From Bacillota bacterium (GTDB taxonomy: Bacteria; Bacillota; Sulfobacillia; JAIMAT01), in the NCBI GenBank assembly GCA_029961055.1, contig JASBVM010000001.1:6888-70887 (forward strand): DNA of 64,000 nt. Reading direction: 5' to 3'. Shown piece after piece: positions 27,716 through 36,896 of this stretch. Numbering within the stretch: the first letter of the stretch is position 1; each line of letters opens with the position of its first letter. The notes beneath the pieces are model-generated. The model did not search any database. It saw only the letters and a program-made list of their open reading frames with translations, and was not told the origin of the DNA. The translations under genes and the position numbers were made by a program.

Positions 27716-30169
27716 GTGTTCGACAAGACGGTCTTGGAGATGCTGGACTTCCCCCGCATCCTCGAGGAGCTGGCCGCCTGCACGGAGTTCGCGCCCGCCC
27801 GGGAGGCGGCGCGCCGGCTGGAGCCCTCGGCCGACCCGGGGGCGGTGGCCGCGCGGCAGGGCTGGACGGCGGAGGCGATCCGGCTCCGCGGGCGAGGGGG
27901 GAGCCCGGCCCGCATGCCGGCGCTGGATCCGCGACCCTGGCTGGAGAGGCTCCGGATGGGTGCGACGCTGACCGGCGAGGAGCTCTTCGCGCTCCTCTCC
28001 TTCCTGAGGGCCACGGGGCGGATGGCCGACTGGCTGCTGGCCGAGGCTGCCTCCGAGCCACACCTCCGGGAGGAGGCCCGGCGCCTCCCCCGTCTGCCCG
28101 CGCTGGAGGAGCGGCTGGAACGCTCGGTCGGCGCCGACGGCGGCTGGCTGGACACGGCCTCTCCCGCCCTGGCCGCGCTGCGGCGCCGCCGTCGGGAACT
28201 GGAGGCGGCGCTCCGGGAGCGGCTGGAGAGCCTCGCCCGCGGGCTGGCCGCCCGCCAGGTGCTCCAGGAGCCGGTGGTCACCGTCCGGGGTGGCCGCTTC
28301 TGCCTGCCGGTGCGGGCCGACCAGCGGGCGGCGGTGCCGGGCATCGTCCACGACCGCTCGGCCACCGGCGCCACGCTCTTCGTCGAGCCGGCCGTGGTGG
28401 TGGAGCTGGGCAACCGGATCCGCATGGTGGAGCGCCAGGAAGAGGAAGAGTGCCAGCGCCTCGCCCGCCAGCTCTCCGGTCTGGCGCGCCGCGAGCTGGA
28501 CCTGCTGGAGGCGGGGTCGGAGGCGGCCACCCGGCTCGAGCTCCTGCTGGCGGCGGCCGAGATGGCCGAGCGCCAGCGGGCGGCGCTGCCGCTCCTCCGC
28601 CCGGGGCCTCCCGCCGCCGTCTTGCGCGGGGCCCGCCATCCGCTGCTGGGGGAGCGGGCGGTCCCGATCGACCTGGAGATCGGCCGGGAGTTCGATCTCC
28701 TGGTGATCACGGGGCCCAACACCGGCGGCAAGACCGTGGCGCTGAAGACGCTGGGGCTCCTGGTCCTGATGGCGCAGAGCGGCCTGGCCGTCCCGGCCGG
28801 GGAGGGGAGCGAGCTCGCCCCCTTCCCCTCCGTCTGGGTGGACGTGGGCGACGAGCAGAGCATCGAGCAGAGCCTCAGCACCTTCTCCTCGCACATGAGC
28901 CGGATCGTGCGCATCTTCCGCGAGCTGGAGCCGGGCGCCCTGGTCCTGCTGGACGAGATCGGCGCCGGCACCGACCCGAGGGAGGGGGCGGCGCTGGCCA
29001 CCGCCATCGTGGAAGAGCTCCTCCGCCGCCAGGCACGGGTGCTGGCCACCACCCACCTGGGCGAGCTGAAGACGCTGGCGACGCGCCTGCCCCGCGCGGA
29101 GAACGCCAGCGTCGCCTTCGACGAGGAGACGCTGGAGCCCGTCTACCGCCTGGAGCTGGGCCTCCCCGGCCGCTCGCACGCGCTGCGCATCGCCGAGCGG
29201 CTCGGCCTCCCCGCCCCGCTGGTGGCGCGCGCCCGCTCCCTCCTCCCCGAGGAGGAGCAGGATGTCAGCGAGCTGATCCGTCACCTCGAGGAAGAGCGGG
29301 CCGAGCTGGCCGCCCAGCGCCGGCGGCTGGCGCGGCTTCTGGAGCGGCAGGAGCAGCTGACCCGGGAGGCCGAGGAGCGCCTGGCCAGGGTGCGGGAGCG
29401 GGAGGCGCGGTTCCAGGCCGAGGCGCGGGCGGAGGCGCTGGCCATCGTCGCCGAGGCGAAGCGCGAGGCGGACGAGCGCCTGCGCGAGCTGCGCCGGCTG
29501 GCCGAGCAGGCGACCGCGCGGCCGGAGAGTCTGCGCGAGGCGGAGAGCGCCCGCCAGGGGCTGAACCGGCTGCGCAGACGCGTCGAGGCGGTCACCGCCG
29601 GCGGGGAGGAGGCGGAGGCCGCGCCCGCGCGACCACCCCGGGCGGGCGAGCCGGTCTGGATCGGCTCGCTGCGGGCGGAGGGGCGGCTCCTGGAGGTGAA
29701 GGGGCGGGAGGCGGTGGTCCAGGTCGGCTTCCTCCGCGTCAACCTCCCCCTGGAGCAGCTCCGGCCGCTGGGCAAGGGGGAGCGGTCCGCCCGGGCGGCG
29801 GAGGGTGCCGGCGACGGCGCCGCGGGGAGCGCGGCGGCCCCGCCTTCCGGCGCGGGGGGCGCCGGGGCGGCGGTCGGCGAGCTGGGCCGGCGCAAGGCCG
29901 AGAGCGTCCGGTCCGAGATCGACCTCCGCGGCCTGACCGTGGACGAGGCGCTGGAGCGGGTGGACAAGTACCTGGACGACGCGCTCCTGGCCGGCCTGGA
30001 GAGGGTGCGGATCATCCACGGGAAGGGGACGGGGGCGCTCCGCCAGGCGGTGGGCGAGCACCTGCGGGCAAGCCCCTGGGTGGCGGAGCTGAGCCTGGCG
30101 CCGCCGGAGGAAGGGGGCGCGGGCGTCACCGTGGTGACGCTCCGCGGGGCGAAGCCCCCTAGGGGGTGA
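27716..30169 (+). CDS. mutS2: Endonuclease MutS2 (MutS domain + C-terminal Smr)
   Basis: 817 aa. It has ITGPNTGGKTV, LLDEIGAGTDP and a C-terminal Smr domain (IDLRGLTVDEALERVDKYLD…IIHGKGTGALR). Confidence 0.9.
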   Translation: MFDKTVLEMLDFPRILEELAACTEFAPAREAARRLEPSADPGAVAARQGWTAEAIRLRGRGGSPARMPALDPRPWLERLRMGATLTGEELFALLSFLRATGRMADWLLAEAASEPHLREEARRLPRLPALEERLERSVGADGGWLDTASPALAALRRRRRELEAALRERLESLARGLAARQVLQEPVVTVRGGRFCLPVRADQRAAVPGIVHDRSATGATLFVEPAVVVELGNRIRMVERQEEEECQRLARQLSGLARRELDLLEAGSEAATRLELLLAAAEMAERQRAALPLLRPGPPAAVLRGARHPLLGERAVPIDLEIGREFDLLVITGPNTGGKTVALKTLGLLVLMAQSGLAVPAGEGSELAPFPSVWVDVGDEQSIEQSLSTFSSHMSRIVRIFRELEPGALVLLDEIGAGTDPREGAALATAIVEELLRRQARVLATTHLGELKTLATRLPRAENASVAFDEETLEPVYRLELGLPGRSHALRIAERLGLPAPLVARARSLLPEEEQDVSELIRHLEEERAELAAQRRRLARLLERQEQLTREAEERLARVREREARFQAEARAEALAIVAEAKREADERLRELRRLAEQATARPESLREAESARQGLNRLRRRVEAVTAGGEEAEAAPARPPRAGEPVWIGSLRAEGRLLEVKGREAVVQVGFLRVNLPLEQLRPLGKGERSARAAEGAGDGAAGSAAAPPSGAGGAGAAVGELGRRKAESVRSEIDLRGLTVDEALERVDKYLDDALLAGLERVRIIHGKGTGALRQAVGEHLRASPWVAELSLAPPEEGGAGVTVVTLRGAKPPRG

Positions 30170-32741
30170 CCGTGATCGCGCCCTGCTCGCCCGGGTGGAG
30201 CGCGCAGTGGAAGGTGTAGGTGCCCGGCCTCTCGATCCGGACCGGCACGTCGGTGCTCTCCCCGGCCGGGATCTTGACGTCGAGCTGGAGCCCGTCCACG
30301 ACCAGCTCGTGCTCCTGGTCCGTGGTGTTCCGCACGTGGAGGAGGCCGAGCCCGGCCTTGAGCTGGAAGGCGGCGGGCGACCAACCCGTGCCGGTGATCT
30401 GGAGGTCGACGGCGTCGGACGGTCCGGACGGGGACGCATCACCCGGCGGCGTGGGCGGCGTCCCGGCCGCCCCCTGGTCCGGCGGCGGGCTGCCCGCTGC
30501 CGGCGCGCCGTTGCAGCTGGCGGTGGGCGCGGTCATCGACATGTCGGCCGCCTGGGCCGGCGGCCGGCGGAGAAAGAGCTTGGTCACCGGGGTGCAGGCG
30601 CAGCCGGGTTGGTAGAGCAGCCCGGGCTGGTCGGCGCAGACCTCCGCCTGGTAGAAGGCGTCGTCCAGCTCGGCCGGCTGCGTCCCGGCGATGAAGAGCT
30701 CGTCCCGCGCCCAGCGGTCCGGGGTGAGCGGACCGGCTACCTTGCCGGACTTGGCGGAGATGCGGACGCTGACCAGGCCGCTCGGACGGGGGAAGTCCAC
30801 CGGCTTCTGGCCGCGGAGCGCCGCGCTCATCACCATGCGGAAGAGGGCCGCCGGCCCCCGGGAGGAGCCGCCCTGCATGTTCCCCGGTAGCGGGCTCAGA
30901 TGCCCCTCGTGGCCGACCCAGACGATTCCCGTCAGCCGGGGCGTGAAGCCGGCGAACCAGGCGTTGACGTAGTTCTCGTCCGTCCCCGTCTTGCCGGCCG
31001 TGGGCCAGCCGGGGATCTTGGCCGCGCCGCCGGTGTGGCCGGGCGAGATGAAGCCGTTGGCCGGCAGGTCCTCCACCACCGAGCGGAGGATGTCGGTCAT
31101 GACGTAGGCCACCTGCGGGCTGATCACGCGGGTCAGCGAGGGCTGGTTCTCCTCCAGCACCTTCCCGTCGGCGGTGACCACCTTCCGGATGGCCAGCGGC
31201 TGCGGGCGGAGCCCGCCGTTGGCGATGGTGGAGTAGGCGACCGCCATCTCGAGCGGCGTCACGCCGCGGGTCAGGCCGCCCAGCGCCAGCGCCAGCGTCC
31301 GGTCCTGGGGCGTCAGCGACTCCAGCCCCAGCGCGCGCGCCATGGCGTAGCCCTTGTCGACGCCGATGGCGTCGAGCACGCGCACGGCCACCACGTTGAC
31401 CGAGCGGCGGACGGCCTCGCGGACGGTGGTCAGGCCCATGAACTGGCCGCTCTCGAAGTTCTGCGGAGTCCAGGCTCTCTGCCCGGGCCGCGGGAAGGTG
31501 ACGGGCGCGTCGTCGAAGACGGAGGCCGCGGTCACCCCCTGGCTCAGGGCGGGCACGTAGACGGCGATGGGCTTGATGGCCGAGCCGGGCCGGTTCGGTA
31601 GCACCGCCCAGTTGTTGCCGCGGCTGGTGGTGTGCTCGAGGCCGCCCACCATGGCCAGGATCTCGCCGGTCTGGGGGTCCATCAGCACGGCGGCGGCCTG
31701 GATCGGGCGCGAGAGGCGGGCGGGAGGGTACCAGCCGCGCAGGTTGTCGGTGACGATCTTCTGCGCTTCCTGGTCGATGCGCGGATCCAGGGTGGTGTAG
31801 ATGCGCAGGCCGCCCTCGTACACCTGCTTCCAGCTGTACCCGTGCTGGCGGAGCTGGTCGATCACGTAGTCGACGAACCAGGGGTCGGGGTAGTCCTTCT
31901 GCACGATGCGCCGCGCCGGGTGGACGCCCAGCGGCTGGCGCTTCGCCTCCTCCGCCTGGTCGGCGGTGATGAAGCCCGCCTCCGCCATCTCGTCCAGCAC
32001 CAGGTTCCGCCGGTCCAGCGCCGCCTGCGGGTGGCCGATCGGCTCGTACAGGTTGGGCGCCTTGGGCAGCGCCGCCAGCGTCGCCGCCTGGGCGAGCGTC
32101 AGATGCTTGGCGTCCACGTCGAAGTAGGCGCGGGAGGCGGCCTCGATCCCGTAGGCGGCGTGGCCGAAGTAGATCAGGTTCAGGTACATCTCCAGGATCT
32201 GCTGCTTGGAGTACTGGCGCTCCAGCGCCACCGCCGTGACGGCCTCGCGGATCTTCCGGTCCAGCGTCCGCTCGGTCCCCACCTCGCGGGCGTACAGGTT
32301 CCGGGCCAGCTGCTGGGTGATGGTGCTGCCGCCCTGGAGCGAGCCGCCCCGCAGGTCGTGGACCAGCGCTCCCAGCGTCCGCACCACGTCGATGCCGTGG
32401 TGCTGGTAGAAGCGCCGATCCTCGACGGCCAGGAAGGCCTCCGGCACCACCCGCGGCAGATCGCCCAGGTGGGTCCAGGTCCGGTCCTGGGTGGCGAAGA
32501 TGGTGGTCACGGGCTGCCCGTAGCGGTCGTAGATGATGGACGACATCTGCGGAGAGGGCGGGGTCGGGGCCAGCTCCGGCAGGCTGCGCAGCGCCGCCAG
32601 GACGAGCCCCGCGCCGACCCCCAGACCGGCCACGACGGAGACCAGGAGGAGGAGGCCGATGATCCGGCCGATGCGGAGGCGGCGGCGAGGCTGACCGCGG
32701 TCGTGTCGGGCTGCCATGCGGGGCGATACCCCCTGTCCCAT
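30159..32741 (-). CDS. Class A penicillin-binding protein (PBP1A, glycosyltransferase + transpeptidase) with C-terminal cupredoxin-like domain
   Basis: 860 aa. GT51 motifs EDRRFYQHHGID and RKIRE. Transpeptidase motifs SAIKP and KTGT. A Pro/Gly linker is followed by an 84-aa beta-rich tail ending TYTFHCALHPGEQGAITVTP. Confidence 0.9.
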   Translation of the reverse strand: MGQGVSPRMAARHDRGQPRRRLRIGRIIGLLLLVSVVAGLGVGAGLVLAALRSLPELAPTPPSPQMSSIIYDRYGQPVTTIFATQDRTWTHLGDLPRVVPEAFLAVEDRRFYQHHGIDVVRTLGALVHDLRGGSLQGGSTITQQLARNLYAREVGTERTLDRKIREAVTAVALERQYSKQQILEMYLNLIYFGHAAYGIEAASRAYFDVDAKHLTLAQAATLAALPKAPNLYEPIGHPQAALDRRNLVLDEMAEAGFITADQAEEAKRQPLGVHPARRIVQKDYPDPWFVDYVIDQLRQHGYSWKQVYEGGLRIYTTLDPRIDQEAQKIVTDNLRGWYPPARLSRPIQAAAVLMDPQTGEILAMVGGLEHTTSRGNNWAVLPNRPGSAIKPIAVYVPALSQGVTAASVFDDAPVTFPRPGQRAWTPQNFESGQFMGLTTVREAVRRSVNVVAVRVLDAIGVDKGYAMARALGLESLTPQDRTLALALGGLTRGVTPLEMAVAYSTIANGGLRPQPLAIRKVVTADGKVLEENQPSLTRVISPQVAYVMTDILRSVVEDLPANGFISPGHTGGAAKIPGWPTAGKTGTDENYVNAWFAGFTPRLTGIVWVGHEGHLSPLPGNMQGGSSRGPAALFRMVMSAALRGQKPVDFPRPSGLVSVRISAKSGKVAGPLTPDRWARDELFIAGTQPAELDDAFYQAEVCADQPGLLYQPGCACTPVTKLFLRRPPAQAADMSMTAPTASCNGAPAAGSPPPDQGAAGTPPTPPGDASPSGPSDAVDLQITGTGWSPAAFQLKAGLGLLHVRNTTDQEHELVVDGLQLDVKIPAGESTDVPVRIERPGTYTFHCALHPGEQGAITVTP

Positions 32742-32825
32742 CGGGCGATGGAATTATACCATTGGCCCCTGAGGGCCCCGGCCGGGGTGGCGACCGGCCG
32801 GGGGGAGGAGGGTGAAGAGCCCGAC

Positions 32826-34097
32826 ATGGCAGCAGAGGGTGCTCCCGGAACGCGATCGGACGCCAAGGAAGCCGACCTGGACGAGCAGGTGCGCCTGCTC
32901 ACCCAGGGAGCGGTGGCGGTGGTCTCCCCGGAGGAGCTCCGCCGGAAGCTGGAGCGGGCGGCGCGGGAGGGACGGCCGCTCAAGGTGAAGCTGGGGCTGG
33001 ACCCGACCAGCCCCGACGTCCACCTGGGTCACACCGTGGTCCTGCGGAGGCTGCGGGCCTTCCAGGAGCTGGGCCACGAGGTGGTGGTCATCGTCGGCGA
33101 CTTCACCGCCCGCATCGGCGACCCCAGCGGCCGCTCGGAGACGAGGAAGCCGCTGGACGAGGCGACCATCGAGGCGAACGCGCGGACCTACGCCGAGCAG
33201 GTCTTCCGCGTGCTCGACCCGGGCAGGACGCGGGTGGTCCACAACTCCGCCTGGCTGGCGCCGCTCGATCTGGCCGCGGTCATCCGCCTGACCGGCATGA
33301 CCACCGTCGCCCGTATCCTCGAGCGGGACGACTTCGCCAAGCGCTTCCGGGAGAACCAGCCCATCGGCCTCCACGAGCTGCTCTACCCGCTCCTGCAGGG
33401 ATACGACTCGGTCGCCCTGGAGGCGGACGTCGAGCTGGGCGGGACGGACCAGACCTTCAACCTGATGATGGCGCGGGAGATCCAGCGCGCCTTCGGCCAG
33501 GAGCCGGAGGTGGCGATGACCATGCCCGTGCTGGAGGGGCTGGACGGCGTCCAGAAGATGAGCAAGAGCCTGGGCAACTACGTGGGGGTCACGGACCCGC
33601 CCGGCGAGATGTACGGCAAGCTGATGTCCATCCCCGACGGGCTGGTGGCGCGCTACCTCCTCCTCTGCACCGACGTGCCCGAGGCGGAGATCCGGTCCAT
33701 GGAGCGGTCCATGCGGGCGGGCCGCCTCAACCCGCGCGACGTCAAGGCGCTGATGGCGCGGGAGATCGTCCGCCTCTACCATGGGCAGGAGGCGGCGCAG
33801 GCGGCCGAGGCCGGCTTCCTCGCCGTCTTCCGCCAGCGGAAGCCGCCCGAGGAGGTGCCGGAGGTGCGGCTGGCGGCGTCGCAGCTGCCGGAGGGCGGAT
33901 CGGACGTCCCCCACCTGCTGGCCGCGGCGGGGCTGGTGACCAGCGTCAGCGAGGGCCGGCGGCTGGTCCTCCAGGGCGGCGTCCGTGTCGACGGCCAACG
34001 GGTCGACGACGCCGACCGGCTCTGGCAGGTGCACGACGGACTGCTCCTCCAGGTCGGGCGACGCCGGTTCGCGCGCATCCGGCTCTCCGGAACCTGA
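32826..34097 (+). CDS. tyrS: Tyrosine--tRNA ligase
   Basis: ATG at 32826 in the 31632..34097 frame. HIGH-type motif PDVHLGH, KMSKS present, and a C-terminal S4-like domain. Confidence 0.9.
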   Translation: MAAEGAPGTRSDAKEADLDEQVRLLTQGAVAVVSPEELRRKLERAAREGRPLKVKLGLDPTSPDVHLGHTVVLRRLRAFQELGHEVVVIVGDFTARIGDPSGRSETRKPLDEATIEANARTYAEQVFRVLDPGRTRVVHNSAWLAPLDLAAVIRLTGMTTVARILERDDFAKRFRENQPIGLHELLYPLLQGYDSVALEADVELGGTDQTFNLMMAREIQRAFGQEPEVAMTMPVLEGLDGVQKMSKSLGNYVGVTDPPGEMYGKLMSIPDGLVARYLLLCTDVPEAEIRSMERSMRAGRLNPRDVKALMAREIVRLYHGQEAAQAAEAGFLAVFRQRKPPEEVPEVRLAASQLPEGGSDVPHLLAAAGLVTSVSEGRRLVLQGGVRVDGQRVDDADRLWQVHDGLLLQVGRRRFARIRLSGT

Positions 34098-34152
34098 CGC
34101 GCGGGGGGCACATAAGCTGCCAGCGCCCCCGCGAAGGGTGGCGGTGGTGGCG

Positions 34153-34950
34153 ATGCGGCGGCGTCGGTGGCGACGGAGGCGGCGGGGTCGCCCCTCCCTG
34201 GCTCTCTTCCTGGCGATCGTGCTGCTGGCGGCAGGCGTGGTGGAGGCGGACCGGCTCCTCGCCCCCTCCCTCGCGGCGCTGGCCGCCCAGCAGGCCCGGA
34301 CCTGGGCGGAGTCGGCGATCAACAGGGCCGTCCAGCAGGAGATCGGCTCGCAGATCCGCTACAGCGACCTGTACACGGTGGTGCGCGGCGGCGGCGGGCA
34401 GGTCGACTTCCTCCAGCCGAACACCCCCAGGATCAACGCGCTGATCGCGGCGGTGACGCTGGACGCGGAGCGGCAGCTGGGGCAGCTCGACCGGCAGACC
34501 GTTCCGATCCCGCTGGGCCAACTCTTGCATATTCGCCTGCTGGCCACCTTAGGACCGGCGATCCCGGTGGCCGTCGAACCGATCGGCCCGGTCTCGGCCG
34601 AGGTCTCCTCGCGCTTCGAGTCCGCCGGCATCAACCAGACCCGGCACGTGGTCAGCCTCCGGCTGACCAGCCGGGTGGCGGTGGTGATCCCGCCCGTCGT
34701 CCGCTCGCTCCAGGTGGCCCAGAATGTCCCCATCGCCGAGGCGATCATCGTCGGGCCGGTGCCTCCTTCGCTCTTCTCCTGGCCCGGGACGACAGGCAGC
34801 GGCGGCCCGGCGGCGCCGGGGTCGCTCCAGGGACGGCCGCCCGCCCGGTTCCCGGCGCCGGCGGGCGCAGGGGAGGGCAGCTCGGGCCCGATCACCGAGA
34901 AGAGCGGCAGCGTAAATTCCGATGAACTTAGTCGGATTAGAAGGATTTGA
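34153..34950 (+). CDS. yunB: Sporulation protein YunB
   Basis: ATG at 34153 in the 33985..34950 frame. A basic N-terminus and TM helix are followed by a YunB-like core (…YSDLYTVVRGGGGQVDFLQPNT…INQTRHVVSLRL…). The Pro/Gly-rich tail is probably not conserved. Confidence 0.7.
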   Translation: MRRRRWRRRRRGRPSLALFLAIVLLAAGVVEADRLLAPSLAALAAQQARTWAESAINRAVQQEIGSQIRYSDLYTVVRGGGGQVDFLQPNTPRINALIAAVTLDAERQLGQLDRQTVPIPLGQLLHIRLLATLGPAIPVAVEPIGPVSAEVSSRFESAGINQTRHVVSLRLTSRVAVVIPPVVRSLQVAQNVPIAEAIIVGPVPPSLFSWPGTTGSGGPAAPGSLQGRPPARFPAPAGAGEGSSGPITEKSGSVNSDELSRIRRI

Positions 34951-35082
34951 CCGCCTCCCTCCCGAACTCCCAGGGGCGTCGGATCCCTCCGGGGGAGGCG
35001 CGGGGAAGCGCGGGCCCCGCCGGCGGTGGTACGCCGGGGCGGCGGGGAAGCTTCCTCCCGGAGGGGGGAGGGAGGAATCCGA

Positions 35083-36018
35083 GTGCGCATCGCGCGAGAC
35101 ATCACCTGGACGATCGGGAACACGCCGCTGGTGGAGCTGAGGCGGGTGACCGACGGGGCGGGGGCGCGGGTGGTGGCCAAGCTGGAGTCCTTCAACCCGC
35201 TCTCCAGCGTCAAGGACCGGATCGCCCTGGCCATGGTGGAGGCGGCGGAACGCCAGGGGAGGATCGGGCCGGACAGCCTCCTGGTGGAGCCGACCAGCGG
35301 CAACACCGGCATCGGCCTCGCCTTCGTCTGCGCCGCCCGCGGGTACCGCCTCGTGCTGACCATGCCGGAGACCATGTCGCTGGAGCGAAGGAAGCTCCTG
35401 CGGGCCCTGGGCGCGGAGCTGGTGCTGACGCCGGGCAGCGAGGGCATGTCCGGTGCCATCGCCAAGGCCGAGGAGATCGTCCGGCAGCATCCGGGCGCGG
35501 TCATGCTCCAGCAGTTCGAGAACCCGGCCAACCCGGAGGTGCACCGGAGGACGACGGCGGAGGAGATCTGGCGCGACACCGACGGCCTGGTGGACGCGGT
35601 GGTGGCGGGTGTGGGCACGGGCGGGACGCTGACCGGGGTGGGCGAGGTGCTCAAGGAGCGGAAGCCCGGCATCCGAATGGTGGCGGTCGAGCCGGAGGAG
35701 TCGGCAGTATTGTCAGGTAAGCGGCCAGGACCTCACAAGATTCAGGGTATCGGAGCAGGTTTCGTCCCCAAGGTGCTGAACACTAGCCTCTATGATGAGG
35801 TGATCCAGGTCAGCTCCGAGGACGCCCTGGCCATGGGCCGGCGCCTGGCGCGCGAGGAAGGGATCCTGGCCGGCATCTCCTCCGGGGCGGCGGTCCACGC
35901 CGCGGTCCAGCTGGCGCACCGCGAGGAGATGCGCGGGCGCCTGGTGGTGGTCATCCTTCCTGACACGGGGGAGCGCTACCTCTCCACGGCGCTCTTCTCC
36001 ACGCCGGACGAGGCCTGA
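35083..36018 (+). CDS. cysK: Cysteine synthase A (O-acetylserine sulfhydrylase)
   Basis: GTG at 35083 after GGGAGGAGG. It contains IGNTPLVEL, the PLP-lysine region [19 protein letters not shown] and GIGAGFVP. Confidence 0.9.
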   Translation: MRIARDITWTIGNTPLVELRRVTDGAGARVVAKLESFNPLSSVKDRIALAMVEAAERQGRIGPDSLLVEPTSGNTGIGLAFVCAARGYRLVLTMPETMSLERRKLLRALGAELVLTPGSEGMSGAIAKAEEIVRQHPGAVMLQQFENPANPEVHRRTTAEEIWRDTDGLVDAVVAGVGTGGTLTGVGEVLKERKPGIRMVAVEPEESAVLSGKRPGPHKIQGIGAGFVPKVLNTSLYDEVIQVSSEDALAMGRRLAREEGILAGISSGAAVHAAVQLAHREEMRGRLVVVILPDTGERYLSTALFSTPDEA

Positions 36019-36151
36019 CCGCCGGCGTCCGCGAGCGAGGGAGGCGACGGGTACGGAAACGAGCATCCGCGAGGAGCCCGCCCTGGAGCGGGCCCGGCAC
36101 CTCGCCGGCTGGCTGGAGGAAGCGCGCCGGCGGGCGGGTGCCGACTGGTTC

Positions 36152-36799
36152 GTGGTGGGACTGAGCGGCGGCGTCGACTCGGCGGTGACGGCCGCGCTCT
36201 GCAAGCAGGCGCATCCGCAGGTGGTGGGGGTGATCATGCCCTGCCACTCCCAGCCCGAGGACGAGCGCGCCGCCGCCGAGGTGGCCCGGGCGCTGGGCAT
36301 CGAGACGCTCCGCTTCGACCTGGGACCCGCCTACGACGCGCTCCTGGCGACGTACGAGTCGGTTCTGGGAGCGCAGCCGGAGCGCTCGCTGGCGCGGGCC
36401 AACCTGAAGCCGAGGCTGCGCATGGCCACCCTCTACTTCGTCGCCAACGTCCGCAACGGCCTGGTGGTGGGCACGGGCAACCGGAGCGAGCTGTACGTCG
36501 GCTACTTCACCAAGTACGGCGACGGCGGCGTCGACCTCCTCCCCATCGGCGGGCTGGTCAAGGAGGAGGTCTACGCCCTGGCGCGGGCGCTGGGACTGCC
36601 CCGCATCGTGCTGGAGAAGCCGCCCTCGGCCGGCCTCTGGGCTGGCCAGACGGACGAGGGCGAGATGGGCCTCCGCTACGCCGACCTGGACCGCTACCTG
36701 CTCACCGGCCAAGGCGAAGCCGAGGTGGTGGAGCGGATCGAGCGGATGCACCGGAAGGCGGTCCACAAGCTGGAGCTGCCGCCCATCGCACCCTCCTGA
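36152..36799 (+). CDS. nadE: NH3-dependent NAD+ synthetase (true start probably upstream of 36152)
   Basis: PP-loop VVGLSGGVDSAV, then …NLKPRLRM…, GTGNRSELYVGYFTKYGDGG. Coordinates run from the first canonical start, but homologous N-terminal sequence continues upstream with no ATG, GTG or TTG (see findings). Confidence 0.8.
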   Translation: MVGLSGGVDSAVTAALCKQAHPQVVGVIMPCHSQPEDERAAAEVARALGIETLRFDLGPAYDALLATYESVLGAQPERSLARANLKPRLRMATLYFVANVRNGLVVGTGNRSELYVGYFTKYGDGGVDLLPIGGLVKEEVYALARALGLPRIVLEKPPSAGLWAGQTDEGEMGLRYADLDRYLLTGQGEAEVVERIERMHRKAVHKLELPPIAPS

Positions 36800-36827
36800 G
36801 GGTCCGGTGCTATCATCGTAGCGGCAT

Positions 36828-36861
36828 GGGGGGCGGGGCGGGACGGACGCCCCGCCCCCTT
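36828..36861 (+). terminator. GC-rich hairpin after nadE
   Basis: GGGGGGCGGGGCG-ggacgga-CGCCCCGCCCCC followed by TTCC. The stem is strong but the U-tract is weak. Confidence 0.4.
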
Positions 36862-36896
36862 CCGCCTCAGGCCGGCCGAGAGGAGGGGAGAGGGAG

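Noticed and set aside
35025-35036. GGTGGTACGCCG upstream of cysK, which looks like a T-box core (GGTGGTACCGCG).
   Set aside because: The last bases are transposed relative to the consensus. There is no following terminator with a U-tract, no stem-I or specifier features, and the leader is too short (about 130 nt).
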